Shown here: positions 1 to 12,346 of the stretch, one piece after another
Position numbering within the stretch: position 1 is the stretch's first letter
How the letters are laid out: each line of letters begins with the position of its first letter
NCBI GenBank assembly: GCA_964106645.2
Contig: OZ067041.1
Strand: one strand, 5' to 3'
DNA from: Podarcis pityusensis
Lineage: Eukaryota
DNA length: 64,000 nt
The notes under the pieces: generated by a model
Database searches by the model: none
The model's input: only the letters and a program-made list of their open reading frames with translations
What the model was told of the DNA's origin: nothing
Translations under genes and position numbers: made by a program

Positions 1-200
1 GCTTGGAGCTAAAAACACAACTGCTACCATCGACAGTGAATGAAAGCTCTTTAAAAACAGGAAAAACTTTACCTGTCAGCAAAAGAAGCATTATGGATGT
101 AGCCTAGCAGAAGCTCTTCCTGCCCAGAATATTCATTCATGTGCACATTGAAAGAATAAAGACCCAAATTTCATGATAGAGCTCATTTAAGGACACTTGA

Positions 201-540
201 GGACATGGGTGGTGCTGTGAGTTAAACCACAGAGTGTAGGGCTTGCCGATCAGAAGGTCGGTGGTTTGAATCTGGGTGAGCTCCTGTTGCTTGGTCCCTG
301 CTCCTGCCCACCTAGCAGTTCGAAAGCACGTCAAGTGCAAGTAGGTAAATAGGTACCACTCCGGTGGGAAGGTAAACGGCATTTCCGTGGGCTGCTCTGG
401 TTCACCAGAAGTGGCTTAGTCATGCTGGCCACATGACCCGGAAGGTGTACACTGGCTCCCTCGGCCAGTAAAGCGAGATGAGCGCCGCAACCCCAGAGTC
501 GTCCGTGACTGGACCTAATGGTCAGGGGTCCCTTTACCTT
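201..540 (+). mobile_element. Sauria (Squam1) SINE, near full length
   Basis: tRNA-like head (..GATCAGAAGGTCGGTGGTTTGAATC), conserved body CATGCTGGCCACATGACCCGGAAG and CCTTTACCTTT tail. TSD TTTAAGGACACTTGA at 186-200 and 539-553. Confidence 0.93.
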
Positions 541-1010
541 TAAGGACACTTGAGAATGCATTATTTGATGGCTCTGACAGAAACAAGCCAAGTCTTCCAG
601 GCAAATGTGCAAAACACACTCTTAGGGTGTGCTCACATTGCCACTTACTCTGCATCCAAAGTTGCCCCACTGCTAGTTTTTGAATCTGCATTCACACAAG
701 GTTAGCTACAATTCCATGTCAGTCATGTAGGGTCATACTGCTGATGCTTCCCTCCCCCACCCCAAACCAGCTTCAATTCAACTAAAAAACTAGATGTGGA
801 GTAAATGGCAATGTGAATATACCTTAATAGCCATTGTGGATGCACAGATGAGCACTCTTGCACAAATCACAGCTTAATAAACAGGACTTTGGGGGTTGAG
901 GCATTGCAGAGGAAAGAAACCCACAATGTCATGTGTATCAGGTGAAGACATCTCTACACCCCTATCTGATATGAAGAACACTGTGAACATGCAGCTTAAA
1001 TTTAGCGGGG

Positions 1011-1571
1011 GAAGAAGAAGAAGAAGAGTTTGGACTTGGTATCCCGCTTTTCACTCCCCTTAGAGGGAAAGGTAAAGGGATCCCTGACAGTTAAGTCCAG
1101 TCGCAAATGACTCTGGAGTTGTGGTGCTCATCTTGCTTTACAGGCTGAGGGAGCCCACATTTGTCCACTCCACAGACAATTTTTCCGGGTCATGTGGCCA
1201 GCATGACTAAGCCACTTCTGGTGCAATGGAACACCGACACCAGAGCAGCACACGGAAATGCCATTTACCTTCCCACCAGAGTGGTACCTATTAGTCTACT
1301 TGCACTTTTTATGTGCTTTCAAACTGTTAGGTTGGCAGGAGCAGGGACCGAACAACGGGAGCTCACCCCGTCACGGGGATTCGAACCGCTGACCTTTTTT
1401 TGATCGGCAAGCCCTAGGCTCAGTGGTTTAGACCACAGCGCCACCCGCATCCCTTTTCACTCCCCTTAAGGAATCTCAAAGCGGCTAACATTCTCCTTTC
1501 CCTTCCTCCCCCACAACAAACACTCTGTGAGGTGAGTGAGGCTGAGAGACTTCAGAGAAGTGTGACTAGCC
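1011..1571 (-). mobile_element. Squam3-like SINE (5'-truncated), split by a Sauria SINE
   Basis: (GAA)n tail followed by GAGTTTGGACTTGGTATCCCGCTTT..CTCAAAGCGGCTAACATTCTCCTTTCCCTTCCTCCCCCACAACAAACACTCTGTGAGG, which matches the recalled lacertid SINE consensus. Confidence 0.75.
1063..1452 (-). mobile_element. Sauria SINE nested in Squam3-like SINE
   Basis: Reverse complement of the 201-540 element. 16-bp TSD CTTTTCACTCCCCTTA at 1047-1062 and 1453-1468. Confidence 0.92.
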
Positions 1572-1979
1572 TTGCTGTGCTTAAAGCCACTACCATGAAC
1601 ATCCCTTCAATCATCTACTGGCTTTTGCACATTCCAAATGTTCTGAGGTAATTTTTGGCTTAAAGTATAAAAATGCATCGCTCACACCCTTGAGGCTCAA
1701 CTGCTTCATTGCCCGAGAGGCTGCAGCTACTTCAGGTTCAGGTTTGTTCACCTAGCAACAGGCTCACTAAAGGGTGGGGAGGGATATTTGGATATAATAT
1801 TGGTGGTGCCATTTTGTGCAATGGTTCTCCTGTCAGAGATCTGGAAGGTACCAACTGTGTGTTGTAATTTTGCTAATTACAAAAGATTTGTTTGCCCAGA
1901 CCTTCCTGGGCTCCTGGTATTTTAATATCCCTTTTACTGTTATCATATTGTGAAAAGTGGAATAAAAATGAATCAAATT

Positions 1980-1996
1980 ACACACACACACACACA
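1980..1996. repeat. (AC)n microsatellite
   Basis: Read directly from the sequence. Confidence 0.9.
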
Positions 1997-2384
1997 TGTT
2001 CTAGAAGTGGACTGATCCTGTAGCAGTGCGGGCACATAACTGGCAAACCTCAGGTATTAATGGGACTTACAAGTAAGTGTACATAGCATAACAATGCTGT
2101 AAGCCATGCTTAGGCATGTTTACTTGAGTCTGTTCCAAAGAAAGAGTATGTATCAGAGTCCCACTGAACTCAGAAAACTTATTTTGGATTAAGCATGCAT
2201 AGCATCAGCCTCTTAATTATGTTTATTGTTTGTCTTACTTTATTGCTGCTTATTAAATCATTGATTAAATTATTACTTCCCAAACGTCTAATACCTGAGG
2301 CACATTTGTTTTCTGATTAAAATTGAAGGCATGTTACCTTCTTATGGGAAGAGGGGGGGGGGACATAGTCTTGGAGCACTGGAA

Positions 2385-2735
2385 GTAGAAATGGATGAAT
2401 CAGTCAATTTCATTTCCCCTAGTTTCTCATTTTCCAGCCTTAAAACAAGTTCTCCACATATCTGTAGCAATTTAAGTGTGAAGAAAACTCATAAAAATTC
2501 ATCAGCATTTCAGTGTGAATTTATTCTAATAAGCCCTCTGTTTTTTTGCAGTTTTGGCCAATGTACACATCTTTAAAACAATTTTCACTAATATGATGCA
2601 TTTTGTATGTTAGTTTCACAAATATATTCATTTTATGCACACTTTCCCCAAATATATGAATTTCTGTGCATATTATTGGTTGGAGAAGTTAATCAGAAAA
2701 TTCAGAAAAGCACAAATTTTGAAAACATAATTGAT
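2385..2735. repeat. Unclassified abundant squamate interspersed repeat
   Basis: TCAATTTCATTTCCCCTAGTTTCTCATTTTCCAGCCTTAAA..TGCACACTTTCCCC motif. Related degenerate pieces near 42.0-42.2, 46.2 and 51.5-51.6 kb. Boundaries approximate. Confidence 0.5.
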
Positions 2736-2959
2736 TTCTCTCCCACCCCTAATTGGACACCCCCCCTACACACACAGGATACCAGGATGCAAAACTTCAT
2801 TAGCATTTTAGTATCAAATAAAAAATATTGCACAATCACATATTGGGATCAGTCCAATACACAGGAAGCTGGCCTAAAGCACACGAGTGTAAACTGAGCT
2901 AGTGTCAAGTTTCACCAGATTCAAACTCCATTCAGCAGTGGAGCTCCTGCTGGCTGAGC

Positions 2960-3307
2960 TGGCAGAGGAAAAGCAAGCCTTTAAAAGAGGTTTCGGGGTA
3001 CAGCACCCTTTTTGCCCATTTAACTTACTCCAGGTTGCCAGTTCACATGACTGAGCTGAATGGGCTCAGGATCCATCCCAAATACTTCCACTGGTCCCGT
3101 CCCCACCATACCCCCCAAAACCCCCTCTTCAGGCTTTAGGATAGCTTGTGATCTGCTGGGCTCTGCTCAGCTAGCTGGATCCCAGGTAAGTCAGGATGGG
3201 AAGACACACCTTTGTATCTCTGGCTAAGCCCGGGATGAGGGAGTTAAACTGGTGCAGCTGGAGCCTAAGCCTGCTTATTGCAGCAGATCTTGCTGTAGGA
3301 TTGGCCC
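2960..3307 (-). repeat. Interspersed repeat (MITE-like), inverted partner of 5703-6050
   Basis: CAGCAGATCTTGCTGTAGGATTGGCCC (3281-) is the near reverse complement of GGGAGCAATCCTATAAGCAAGATCTGCTG (5703-). GGGATGAGGGAGTTAA matches AACTCCCTCATTCCC. Confidence 0.55.
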
Positions 3308-3791
3308 TGTACACATGCAACCCTGAAAGACACTCACGCTGCACCAAACACATTCAGAAAATTAGCTGAAGTCTACATGTCACAGCAATAATTGAGCCTG
3401 CTATGATTCTTTTGTCTTTTGGGATTTTACACTTGATACCCCCCCCCCCCCGGCCACTGATGGGGCCAGAAAAGGTCAAATTGGGATTTATTTTCAAGCA
3501 TAATATTTGATTGTTTCAATTGAAATTGGTTCCAGCACTTGATAGTTCAATCTCTTGCTTGCTAATCCCTTCAAGCAGTAGTTATTTAAAGTGGAGGAGA
3601 AGGAAGAATATGTGGATTTCTTGGATTAGCTACCCTCTCACAATCTGGCGGTTGTGCTTTTGGAGCTCACACGCAGCAGAAGACTGCTTCCTCAGTTGCT
3701 TCCATCATTTATCAAATCCCAATTTAATATCAGAAACAAGATACTTCCTACCCCACTCATTTATCTGAAATGACTATTTACTTTCTCTCAG

Positions 3792-3803
3792 GATTACAAC
3801 CAG
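3792..3803 (+). CDS. Candidate 12-nt microexon (unidentified host gene)
   Basis: TTTACTTTCTCTCAG|GATTACAACCAG|GTAATA: good acceptor and CAG|GTAA donor, frame-preserving, in non-repeat sequence. Confidence 0.4.
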
Positions 3804-4326
3804 GTAATAGAAAATCTTACAATTCATATTGCTATGAATTGCAAGGGGCCTACAACTGTGGTTCAGTAAACAGGTGTATAATTATCAATATATTGTGCAT
3901 AACTCTGTTGTGCATTCATTTGAATATTATGGGTAAGGGAATTTTGCCTGGTCTCATCATAATATACTTTTAAATTCTTATTTTTAGCACGTATTATGCA
4001 GACCTGCATTTTAAGCATGCTATTTTCATAATCACTTGCATTACATCTCTAACCTCTGTAACTGCCCAAGGGCACATGATATATATTCAGTAAAGAAAAA
4101 TCAATTTGGCCTCAGTGACTCTCTTGTAGGCCATATAAACTATTCACTCATACAGAATCAGCCGTGTCCTTAAAAAGAGATGAATAATGACATAGGCAAT
4201 GAGCAGCCAAAGGAAAATGTGATATTACTGAAAGAGTCTGCTCCTCACCCTGCTATTCCCTACCTCCACCCCCTCTGTAAGCATGAAAATGTGACCCCAT
4301 AGAGTGCCGTTGGGGGAAAGGGTGGG

Positions 4327-4327
<1 letters not shown>

Positions 4328-4364
<37 letters not shown>
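4328..4364. repeat. (TG)n microsatellite
   Basis: Read directly from the sequence. Confidence 0.95.
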
Positions 4365-4367
<3 letters not shown>

Positions 4368-5702
4368 GAAACAATTAGATCATTACTTCCTTGCTCATGA
4401 ATTGTTGGTGGCAATCATGGCTATAGACGTCTATAGGGCTCTTTAGGCAATTCTCAGCCCTGCACACAGTACCTGTGAGAGCCCCTCCAAGGGGCATTTG
4501 GCTGTCCATTGTTCAAGTGCTGAAAAGCCCCAGGTTCAGTCTCTGCCATTTCTAGGCTGTGAACGGCTCTCAAGCAGCAGAGCAGGGAAAGAAGACCTTT
4601 GCCTGAGGCTCTGGAAGAACCAGAGCAGGTGAAGCCATTGTGCCCCCACTCAGCTAAAGTCTGTTTGCATTGATCCGAGAGACACTCTTTAGTAGCAGCA
4701 TCGTGGCCTCCATTGGTTGAATTAAGTTATGTGACAAGAGTGAATTGCCCACTTTGCATTAAAGCTGTATATGTCATGCACAAAATCTGATTTACCTCTG
4801 AGTTGCTGCATATTATTCCCCATCTCTGTTACCATATGGAACCATTTAAAAGCTTGAAACATCTTTCTTAAGACTCATAAAGCTGTGGGGGGGGGTGTTG
4901 TTTCTTGGTTTATTTGTTTTTTAATTCTATTGGCATCATCGGAGGGGTTTGTGCACAATATAATGTGCTGAGTGTTCACTCTTCTTTCAATCTGTTGTCC
5001 CATTTATCTCCAAAATGTGAAGACTTATGGATGACACTTGCTTTTGCTATAGCAGAGGTCCAACTCCACTTGGCTGCATTAACAATTTATTTCACCCGCA
5101 TACATTTTCCCATGCTCACAACTACACAACCAAAGATATCAAACTCTGTTTTGAAGGCATACATTTAGGCTGATTTTTATCCAAAAATAAAATAAAAAAG
5201 TGGTGAGCACCAAGCGTTCTTTTAAAAATGACACAGTTAGTGTAGCATGGATGCTGACTTGCTGGTGGGGGGGGGGGGGAGAGACTGCTGAAAGGCTTTC
5301 TCCACTAAACAAGGAAAGCATTCTTTGACCTCTCAGAAGTCTATCACTGACATTCCCTTTTGCCAAAAGAATGCATCCATGCCACTTGAAGTAAATGTTA
5401 CAGATGTTCTTCTTTACTTTTTTTTCTCCTACTGAAGTATCTGCATTACTAGGAATGACTGGATAACTGACAATCAATACAAGTCCATTCAAACTTCATG
5501 TTTGAGTAAAACAATATAAACTGTAGCATTGAACTTGCTGTTCATTAGAGCTGCAATTTGTTTTCAGAACTGCTTTGTTTTCATTAAACTTTTCTTGAAA
5601 CATGCATTTATTTTTGAATTATTTTTTTTTCGGAATTATTTTTCTACTTGAGAGCCAATTCCTGCGTATAACAATAAATCTCTACAATATATGTAACACT
5701 AT

Positions 5703-6050
5703 GGGAGCAATCCTATAAGCAAGATCTGCTGTGATGAGTGGGTTAGGGTCTAGGGATCTCCAGCTGAGCTGGGAGGTGCCCAGTACAACCAGGCTGCCCT
5801 GGCTTAACTCCCTCATTCCCAGTTCAGCAGGTAATATGCTGGTTTACCTCCACCAGCCGGTTTACCTCCACCAAAAACCAGCTGGCTGAGCTAAGCCTGG
5901 TGGATCTTAAGCAGGTGTAAGCCCTGAAAAAGGGGTGCAGTGGGGATGGGACCAGCAGTAGCCCTGCTGCTAAATGTTGTTAGGATCTGGGGTCCCTTTA
6001 CACCATGTTAACTTAGAGCTTTATGATGGCTTCTTGGGTGTTGAATTGCT
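5703..6050 (+). repeat. Interspersed repeat (MITE-like), partner of 2960-3307
   Basis: Shares diagnostic motifs with 2960-3307 in the opposite orientation. Confidence 0.55.
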
Positions 6051-6708
6051 CCCTTATTCTGCATACCACTTAAAGATGAGGCCACAACAATCACAAAAAG
6101 TCTGTATTTCAAAGAGTTTTTTGGACCAACCTGAAATATGAACTAGGGAATGGTAGAGAATTTTTTTTAGAGCATGATGGCTAGGGGTTGTATGGGTTTC
6201 TTGCATAATTAAATTTGCAATGGTATTGTTCATTTAGAATGTTTAAATATACAGTATGTCTGTGCTTTGGGTAGTTATGTTCACATATATATGGAAGATT
6301 CCTCTGCAACTTTTCTTTCCTGGTGGGGAAATGGAAAGTAATGAGAACAGCAAGTGATATGATGGGCATGAGTTCCTAGGGGCTGGATTGCAGTGTTAAT
6401 TATTCCCTGATGTTTAGATCCATTAGCCTCTATGGATCCAGGCAAAAGATGCATTTGTGTAATGATGTCACCTTGACATATATCCAGTTACTCATCTACT
6501 ACACCCCCTAAACCCATTATGCTAGTCAATCTTATAATATACTTGTTCATATCTGGTGGTGATTGTTTCCTTACTTAAATGGAATGTTTGCTGCACTTGT
6601 TCTTTCCATTGCCATTTAATGGCTTTTAGCCAAAATTTTCCATTTGTCAAGATTGGTTTAGTCTCTAGATTTTTTTCTCAACAGAAGCAGTTTTAGGGTA
6701 GTGCAACA

Positions 6709-6830
6709 GGTTTGGACACAGTGGGCACCACACTGCAGGAGGCACCACAAAAAGCTGTAGAACTAAGTCCAAGAGATGTTAGTGTTGCCAAATGTTAGTG
6801 TTGCACAGGGTGCCACTGAAATTTGAGAGT
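6709..6830 (-). repeat. Short dispersed repeat family (copy 1 of 3)
   Basis: Reverse complement of CAAATTTCAGCAGCACCCTGTGCAACACTAACATTTGG, also found at about 10037 and 27094. Confidence 0.7.
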
Positions 6831-8683
6831 ACAAAGTCCACCACTGATTTGCAGTTCATCTCATTGTCTAAGCCTAATGCCATACTGCTAACCAAAGGAA
6901 AGAGCAAATAGAAGCTACCTGATCTTGTCACTATTTGCAGGCTTGGAGACAGAAAGTGAGTAGGCAAGAACAACATATTTATGGAATACTGGGAGTCAGC
7001 AGGGAGGAGTGTGGACCTCAATGGGTACCCTATAATGTTGACCCGTAATGCCAACACTGGACATGAATATGGAAAACCAGTCCCAAATGTACAAACATAG
7101 AGCAATCAAGTGATGTGAACACATGGGAGAACCAGCAGTTGACTCACCTTGACTATGCATAAGCAAACCTTGTTTGTTTAGGTGTAAGGTTGCCAGACCT
7201 CCAAGGCTGACATGGAGTCCCCAAGTTTGCCTGTTCCCTCCAAATGGCAGGTGGAGGACTTTAATTCTCCTGGAACACCTTAATTTTTTAAGGTGGGCTG
7301 GAACACCTTAATTTTTTTATTAAAAAAAATAAGATGACAGTTCATGCAACTTGCAAGGTTCAGCCTGGCAGGAGTTGAAGTTATTGCCTAGACTCTCAGG
7401 GGGAGGAGTCTGCACTTCTCCCCTCCCTCTGTCTCTGGGGCTCAGCGGTGAGAGGGAGCACAGAGGTGGGGGAGAATTGTTCTGGCCTCAAGAGGAGGAG
7501 GGGATTATGAGCATGGAAGGTGCAGGGTTGCAGGGCGCACCTCGTGCAAGGAGCAAGTGCATAGCTTGGGGGTTCTCCTGGACACATCTTTGTCATTGAG
7601 AGGCCCAAGTTCATCTGGTCAAAACATGTGATCCCATTGTTGAAACAGCTGCACTGGCTGCCCCTCCACTGCCAAGCCAGGTTCCAGGTCAACAATACAG
7701 TGGAGGCATGTGTGGATGACTGAAATGATATGTGCAAGGCAGTTTAAATGCATGGAATTCACTACGTGCATTCTAATGTTAATTATTGCTACCACCACTT
7801 ACTCTTATTCAGTTGTAGTCCCTCCCCTTAAAGTAGATATATGTAAATGAGTTGCTCCCACCCCCTCCCACCCTGAGCCTGATTCAATTTCCACAAACAT
7901 CAGGAAGAGAAAATGCTACCAATAAAAGGAGAAGATGTTATATTCTTCCATAGATGGAAGGGAGCATAAGAATCACTCTGGAAGACAGGGTGCACAATAG
8001 GCTTATGTTGTTGTAGAGTTGCTATCCTCCTTTAAATAGACATTGCAGTTTCAAAGAGGACCATTTCTACATGCACTTCAATATCTCTATTGTTCTGTAA
8101 GGGAAAAGATGATCTATTATTAGGATGTGTAGCCAAACTCATTTGTCTTAAGTGATTCCTCCATAGAAATCTGTTCAATAGAGATACTTTGTTCTATATT
8201 ACGAGTATAATTTTCCTAAAGGATTGAGTAATCAATGTATTGCTTGTTTAAGGAGGAAAAAATTAAACCTAATTGATGGTGTGTCACCAAGGACACTAAG
8301 GAAGAGGCAGAAAACGGGGGTGGGGGTAAGAATCAAATTGAAAATCACTAGCAAGAAAAGGAGGGAGAAAGAGGGGAGAATCTGAAAAGATCATTATTTT
8401 GTGTGTGACACATCAGCTCGATAGCTGTGGGAAGGGGGGAAAGCAACAGTAAATGTAATATAAAAAGACAAAATTGGTAATAAGCAGTGGCATGTAGAAA
8501 ATATCTTGTGGTGTATAGCTTTTCAAATTATCTTTAATGTGCTAAGCAATTTCTGTTTGTAGCTATACTCTTTAAATCCCAGAGCTTGCTTGATTTTTTT
8601 CTAATGAAAAGGCTATTGATGAAACGTATTTTATTTCTTTTTCTTCTTCCTTTTAACTATTTTTATTTCTTCCATAATCTTAG

Positions 8684-8708
8684 ACTCTTTAGTTAATACC
8701 ACTAAAGA
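8684..8708 (+). CDS. Candidate 25-nt microexon
   Basis: About 55-nt pyrimidine-rich tract ending CTTAG|ACTCTTTAGTTAATACCACTAAAGA|GTGAGT (consensus donor). Confidence 0.4.
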
Positions 8709-8969
8709 GTGAGTTCTTTGATCCATCGTTATGCAATGCTGTTCTTTTTAATGGCTAGATGCTTAGCTATGTGATGTGACTATATACTGAGCCAGGGCAA
8801 GAGACATTCCATTCCAACCAAATAATGTCAGCTCAGGCTGGATCTAAAAACAAACTGAAGTAGGAAATTATGGAGAATGGTCCTGAGTTGGTAGAATAGA
8901 TATCATTTCAGACTGTTGGTGTGGAGGAGTTGCTGGGCTTGAATCACTTGTGTATATATTTTCTTTCAG

Positions 8970-9012
8970 TTGTCTTAATATGGGAAAACGTTTGAAAGAC
9001 ACCATCACCTGA
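8970..9012 (+). CDS. Candidate terminal coding exon (..CLNMGKRLKDTIT*)
   Basis: ATTTTCTTTCAG|T acceptor. In frame with the two upstream microexon candidates. TGA at 9010-9012. Confidence 0.3.
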
Positions 9013-9373
9013 AGTCTAGAATGATGCAACCCACTTAAACCCAACCATCTTATTCTGCCGCATGTGAAGACCAGGTTATTGGACTTTCTCTCTCCCAGTG
9101 CTAGCCCAAGACATTTTGCTGCCTGAAGTCAAGAAGTCTACATCAGTTTAAACCCAAATTACTAGGTTTATCTGGGCTTGTCTGGCAGCTATTTTGCTTT
9201 GAATGAGGTCTGAAATACAATCTTTAGCTGGCTCTCTTAAGATATTTTATATCTTTGCTTTCTTCTGTAACATATCTTTGAGATTATACAAAAACTCCTG
9301 CATCATCACAACTCCGTCTGTTCCAGTTCCTGTCATACTCGGATGGGAAGAAATTGTTTGTTTTTTGTTTCTT

Positions 9374-9379
9374 AATAAA
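9374..9379 (+). promoter_or_regulatory. Candidate polyadenylation signal AATAAA
   Basis: First AATAAA after the candidate stop codon, in T-rich context. Confidence 0.3.
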
Positions 9380-10024
9380 TCTGCTCTATTTATGACTGTG
9401 ATCTTAATTATATTTAGAGAGATGTTTCTCTTCAGGGAAATGCATTTCTGTAGTCTTATGCTGTAAAAAAACGTGTGGTGCTGTCAGCTCTTTCCTGCAC
9501 ATATTGGGGGGGGGGGATCCATAAATACAGCTTCAGAAACCATTGAAAGAAAAGTTCCATCTGCAAAACAATGATCTAGGTGGCAAGTGAATTAGAATTA
9601 AACCTTATGGGCAGAATTCACTGAAGGAGCCCTTTCCATGGCAGCCCTGTGTAAGGATTTCTACTTTCATAAGAGGGCTTCCTCCCTTCCCTCTCCCTCC
9701 GCATGTGCACATCCCAAAATGGGCATGAGGAGGTCAGAAGAACCCTCAGAAGAGCACCCAGGGGAGGAGGAGCAGGGTTCTCTCTATCTGGCAAGCTGAA
9801 AAGCTTGGGCAGATGCAACTACTGGAAGAGGCTATGAATTCTATCCTATATATTCCCCACAGTGAACATCCTGGGTTGAGGTCAACAGCTTGAGGTTGAG
9901 TCCTGACAAGACAGAAGTGCTGTTTCAGGGGGACAGGGGCAGGCAGGTGTGGGGTATCAAACATGGCTGAGATTGCGCTTCTCCCATCTCTCTCTCAATA
10001 AAGATGGGATTTATTTATAAAATA

Positions 10025-10190
10025 AATTTGGGATATCAAATTTCAGCAGCACCCTGTGTGACACTAAAATTTGGCACCCCTTGCCTCTTGCACCACAGCA
10101 TTGTTGGAGTGCCTCCTGCAGCATGGTGCCCACTGCGGCTTCACCGGTTGGGCCACCCTTCAATTGCCTCTGATCAAGGTGGATGTACCA
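10025..10190 (+). repeat. Short dispersed repeat family (copy 2 of 3)
   Basis: CAAATTTCAGCAGCACCCTGTGTGACACTAAAATTTGG. Confidence 0.65.
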
Positions 10191-10574
10191 CACTAAGGAC
10201 AGCTGGTAACACTTCATTGCATGATATTTTATTTAGTAGACCCATCCAGTTACCCACTCTGGCTAGTATTAGTAAGCCAGGATGGACAATGATATAACAA
10301 GCGCTTGTCTGGACACATCACTGCAAGTTTCCTGTCCACATCATCATGCCACATTAACTAAAATGGATCCCATAACACTGGGTCTGATCAGCTGGCACTG
10401 CTACAATACGCTGCAAAAATGAACAACTGTATCTTCAGTGTGTCTTGCGAACTGATTGCAGCTAGACAGTGTGTGCTCCAGAGGTCTACCACATAGTCAT
10501 TAACCAACCCCTGGACCACACAGAATTACTCTTTGAAGAAGCAATGGGAGACTGTTTGAGGATGTGATCATATA

Positions 10575-10638
10575 ATAGAATTGTAGAGTTGGAAGGGACC
10601 CCTAGGGTCATCTACTCCAACCCTCTGCAATGCAGGAA
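10575..10638 (-). mobile_element. CR1 LINE 3' terminus (very short)
   Basis: TAGAATTGTAGAGTTGGAAGGGACCCCTAGGGTCATCTACTCCAACCCTCTGCAATGCAGG is the reverse complement of the CR1 3' UTR end. Confidence 0.8.
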
Positions 10639-11009
10639 ACCTTTGCCCAACTTCCTGCCAACACATACCTGAACATGCTACCACTAACTGATGGAGGCAG
10701 CATAGTAGGTTTTTGTGTTGTCTCCAAAAGAATTATGCCACTTATGTGGCTTATGCTCCTTGCTCAACCCATGTCATCAACCTTGGTGTACCAAGGAGCA
10801 AAATGGACTCCACAGCTCTGGAGGGGGCCCTCAGCAGCAATTGTGTCGATAGCACATTCCATACCAAGACTAGAACTTTGACAGGATCACCTGCTCTATC
10901 AGCTAGAAAATCCCTCAGATTCTATCAGTCTCCAAGGATGGGTGACTGTAATTGGTTGCCATCCCTGCAGGGGATAATTTCACTATGAGACCCAAGAAAC
11001 TGAGGCTAA

Positions 11010-11720
11010 TAAGATGGAGGAGCTTTGGATGGGTGGTCTGGAATTCAGTGCAGATGTTGCACTTTCCCTGATGGAGCAGCTGCACTTTCTGGGAGTGCAC
11101 CTTGATTCCAACTATTACTGCAGGCCAAACCTCTGTAGCAAGCAGTGCTTATGCTCAACTCCAGCTAGCTCACCAGCTGCAGCTGTTCCTGGATTGAGAT
11201 AGCCTGGCATCCGTAGTCCGTGCTCTAGTGGCCTGCTGTCTGAACTATTGCAATGCTCTTGAAGATGGTTCAGAAGCTGCCTCATGCACGGAGCATGGTA
11301 ATGGGACTATGTCTCGCTGGTCCTAGATGCACTGCACCAGTGCGCTAATGGGCCCAATTTAGGAAGTTGGTATTAACCATGAAGTCTAGATGAAGTCCTG
11401 CTGCCACTGGTGCTACTGTGGGACATTCTGTAAGGGGCAGTGACCCAAGGCAAGGCTTTATCAGTGGTGGTCTCCTGATTATAGGACTTCCTTCCTAGTG
11501 CTGTACATTCGTCTCTCTCATTTCTATCATTCAGAAAAAATCAGAACAAAGTTTCTGTTCACCCAGGCATTTGGTGACTGAAATATAATGGTTTTTATCA
11601 GCTTTGAAAATGTTCTTTCGGGGACTGTTGTGAAATTTGTTTTATATTGTTTTAAATTCAGATGTTGTGTGGCCACCTCGGACTCCTTTGGGATAAATGG
11701 TGGGGGTCTGGAACCTATCG
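11010..11720 (+). mobile_element. L2 LINE 3' fragment, decayed
   Basis: ORF2 motifs FLGVHLDS and (L)NYCNAL, followed by an L2-type 3' region. Confidence 0.7.
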
Positions 11721-12346
11721 CTTTGTCTCTAAGGGCTTGGCACACTCTTCGTAATGAATTTCATATATTTGCAAGTACTACATACATAATGGGAAGAGTT
11801 AAAAAAGAGCCACTTCACCTAATGAGAGGATTGGTTTAGCTGAACCTCACCTCCCCTATAATGAAACCAAGCTGGGCAAGTTGGGTGCTAAATCTGCTCT
11901 TGCCAGAAATGCTTTCCTGGTATCCAGTGCTATGAACTTCTGTGCACTGCCAGAGAGAAGAAAGGCAGTTAACCCAACCCCCCTGGCTTCTATCCAGGCT
12001 ATCTTTTTAGTAAAAATGCAAAAATTGTGAATTTCAGAGGACAAGGAATGAATCCAAAGTACTTCTTAATATAATGAGTTATTTGAATTCATAAGGGTAG
12101 TTCACTAGCTGTTGGCCCCATATCTTGGAGTGTGTATGGTAGCTCTTGCTACCCATTCCAGTCTTCATTGGGAATGCATTGTCTCTCCCTCATACGCCCT
12201 CTGATTCCTATTGCACCCACCCAAAATGGTAAAGTCTTCCTTCTTGGGAAAACCATCTCAGCTATCATTCTGAAATTCAGCAGGCATCATCCCCTCAGAA
12301 AGGCAGACCATGCCTACAATTTGTCTCTGATTCTGGCAAAAAATTA

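Noticed and set aside
201-275. tRNA genes
   Set aside because: The A/B-box-like sequences are SINE heads. No complete cloverleaf was seen anywhere in the window.
6684-6710. Another possible small exon (CTCAACAG|AAGCAG..CAACAG|GTTTGG)
   Set aside because: Weak donor, stops in two frames including the one needed, and it abuts a repeat.
7270-7317. 20-bp local duplication CTGGAACACCTTAATTTTTT (and a 15-bp one near 5841-5872)
   Set aside because: Ordinary slippage duplications within decayed repeats.
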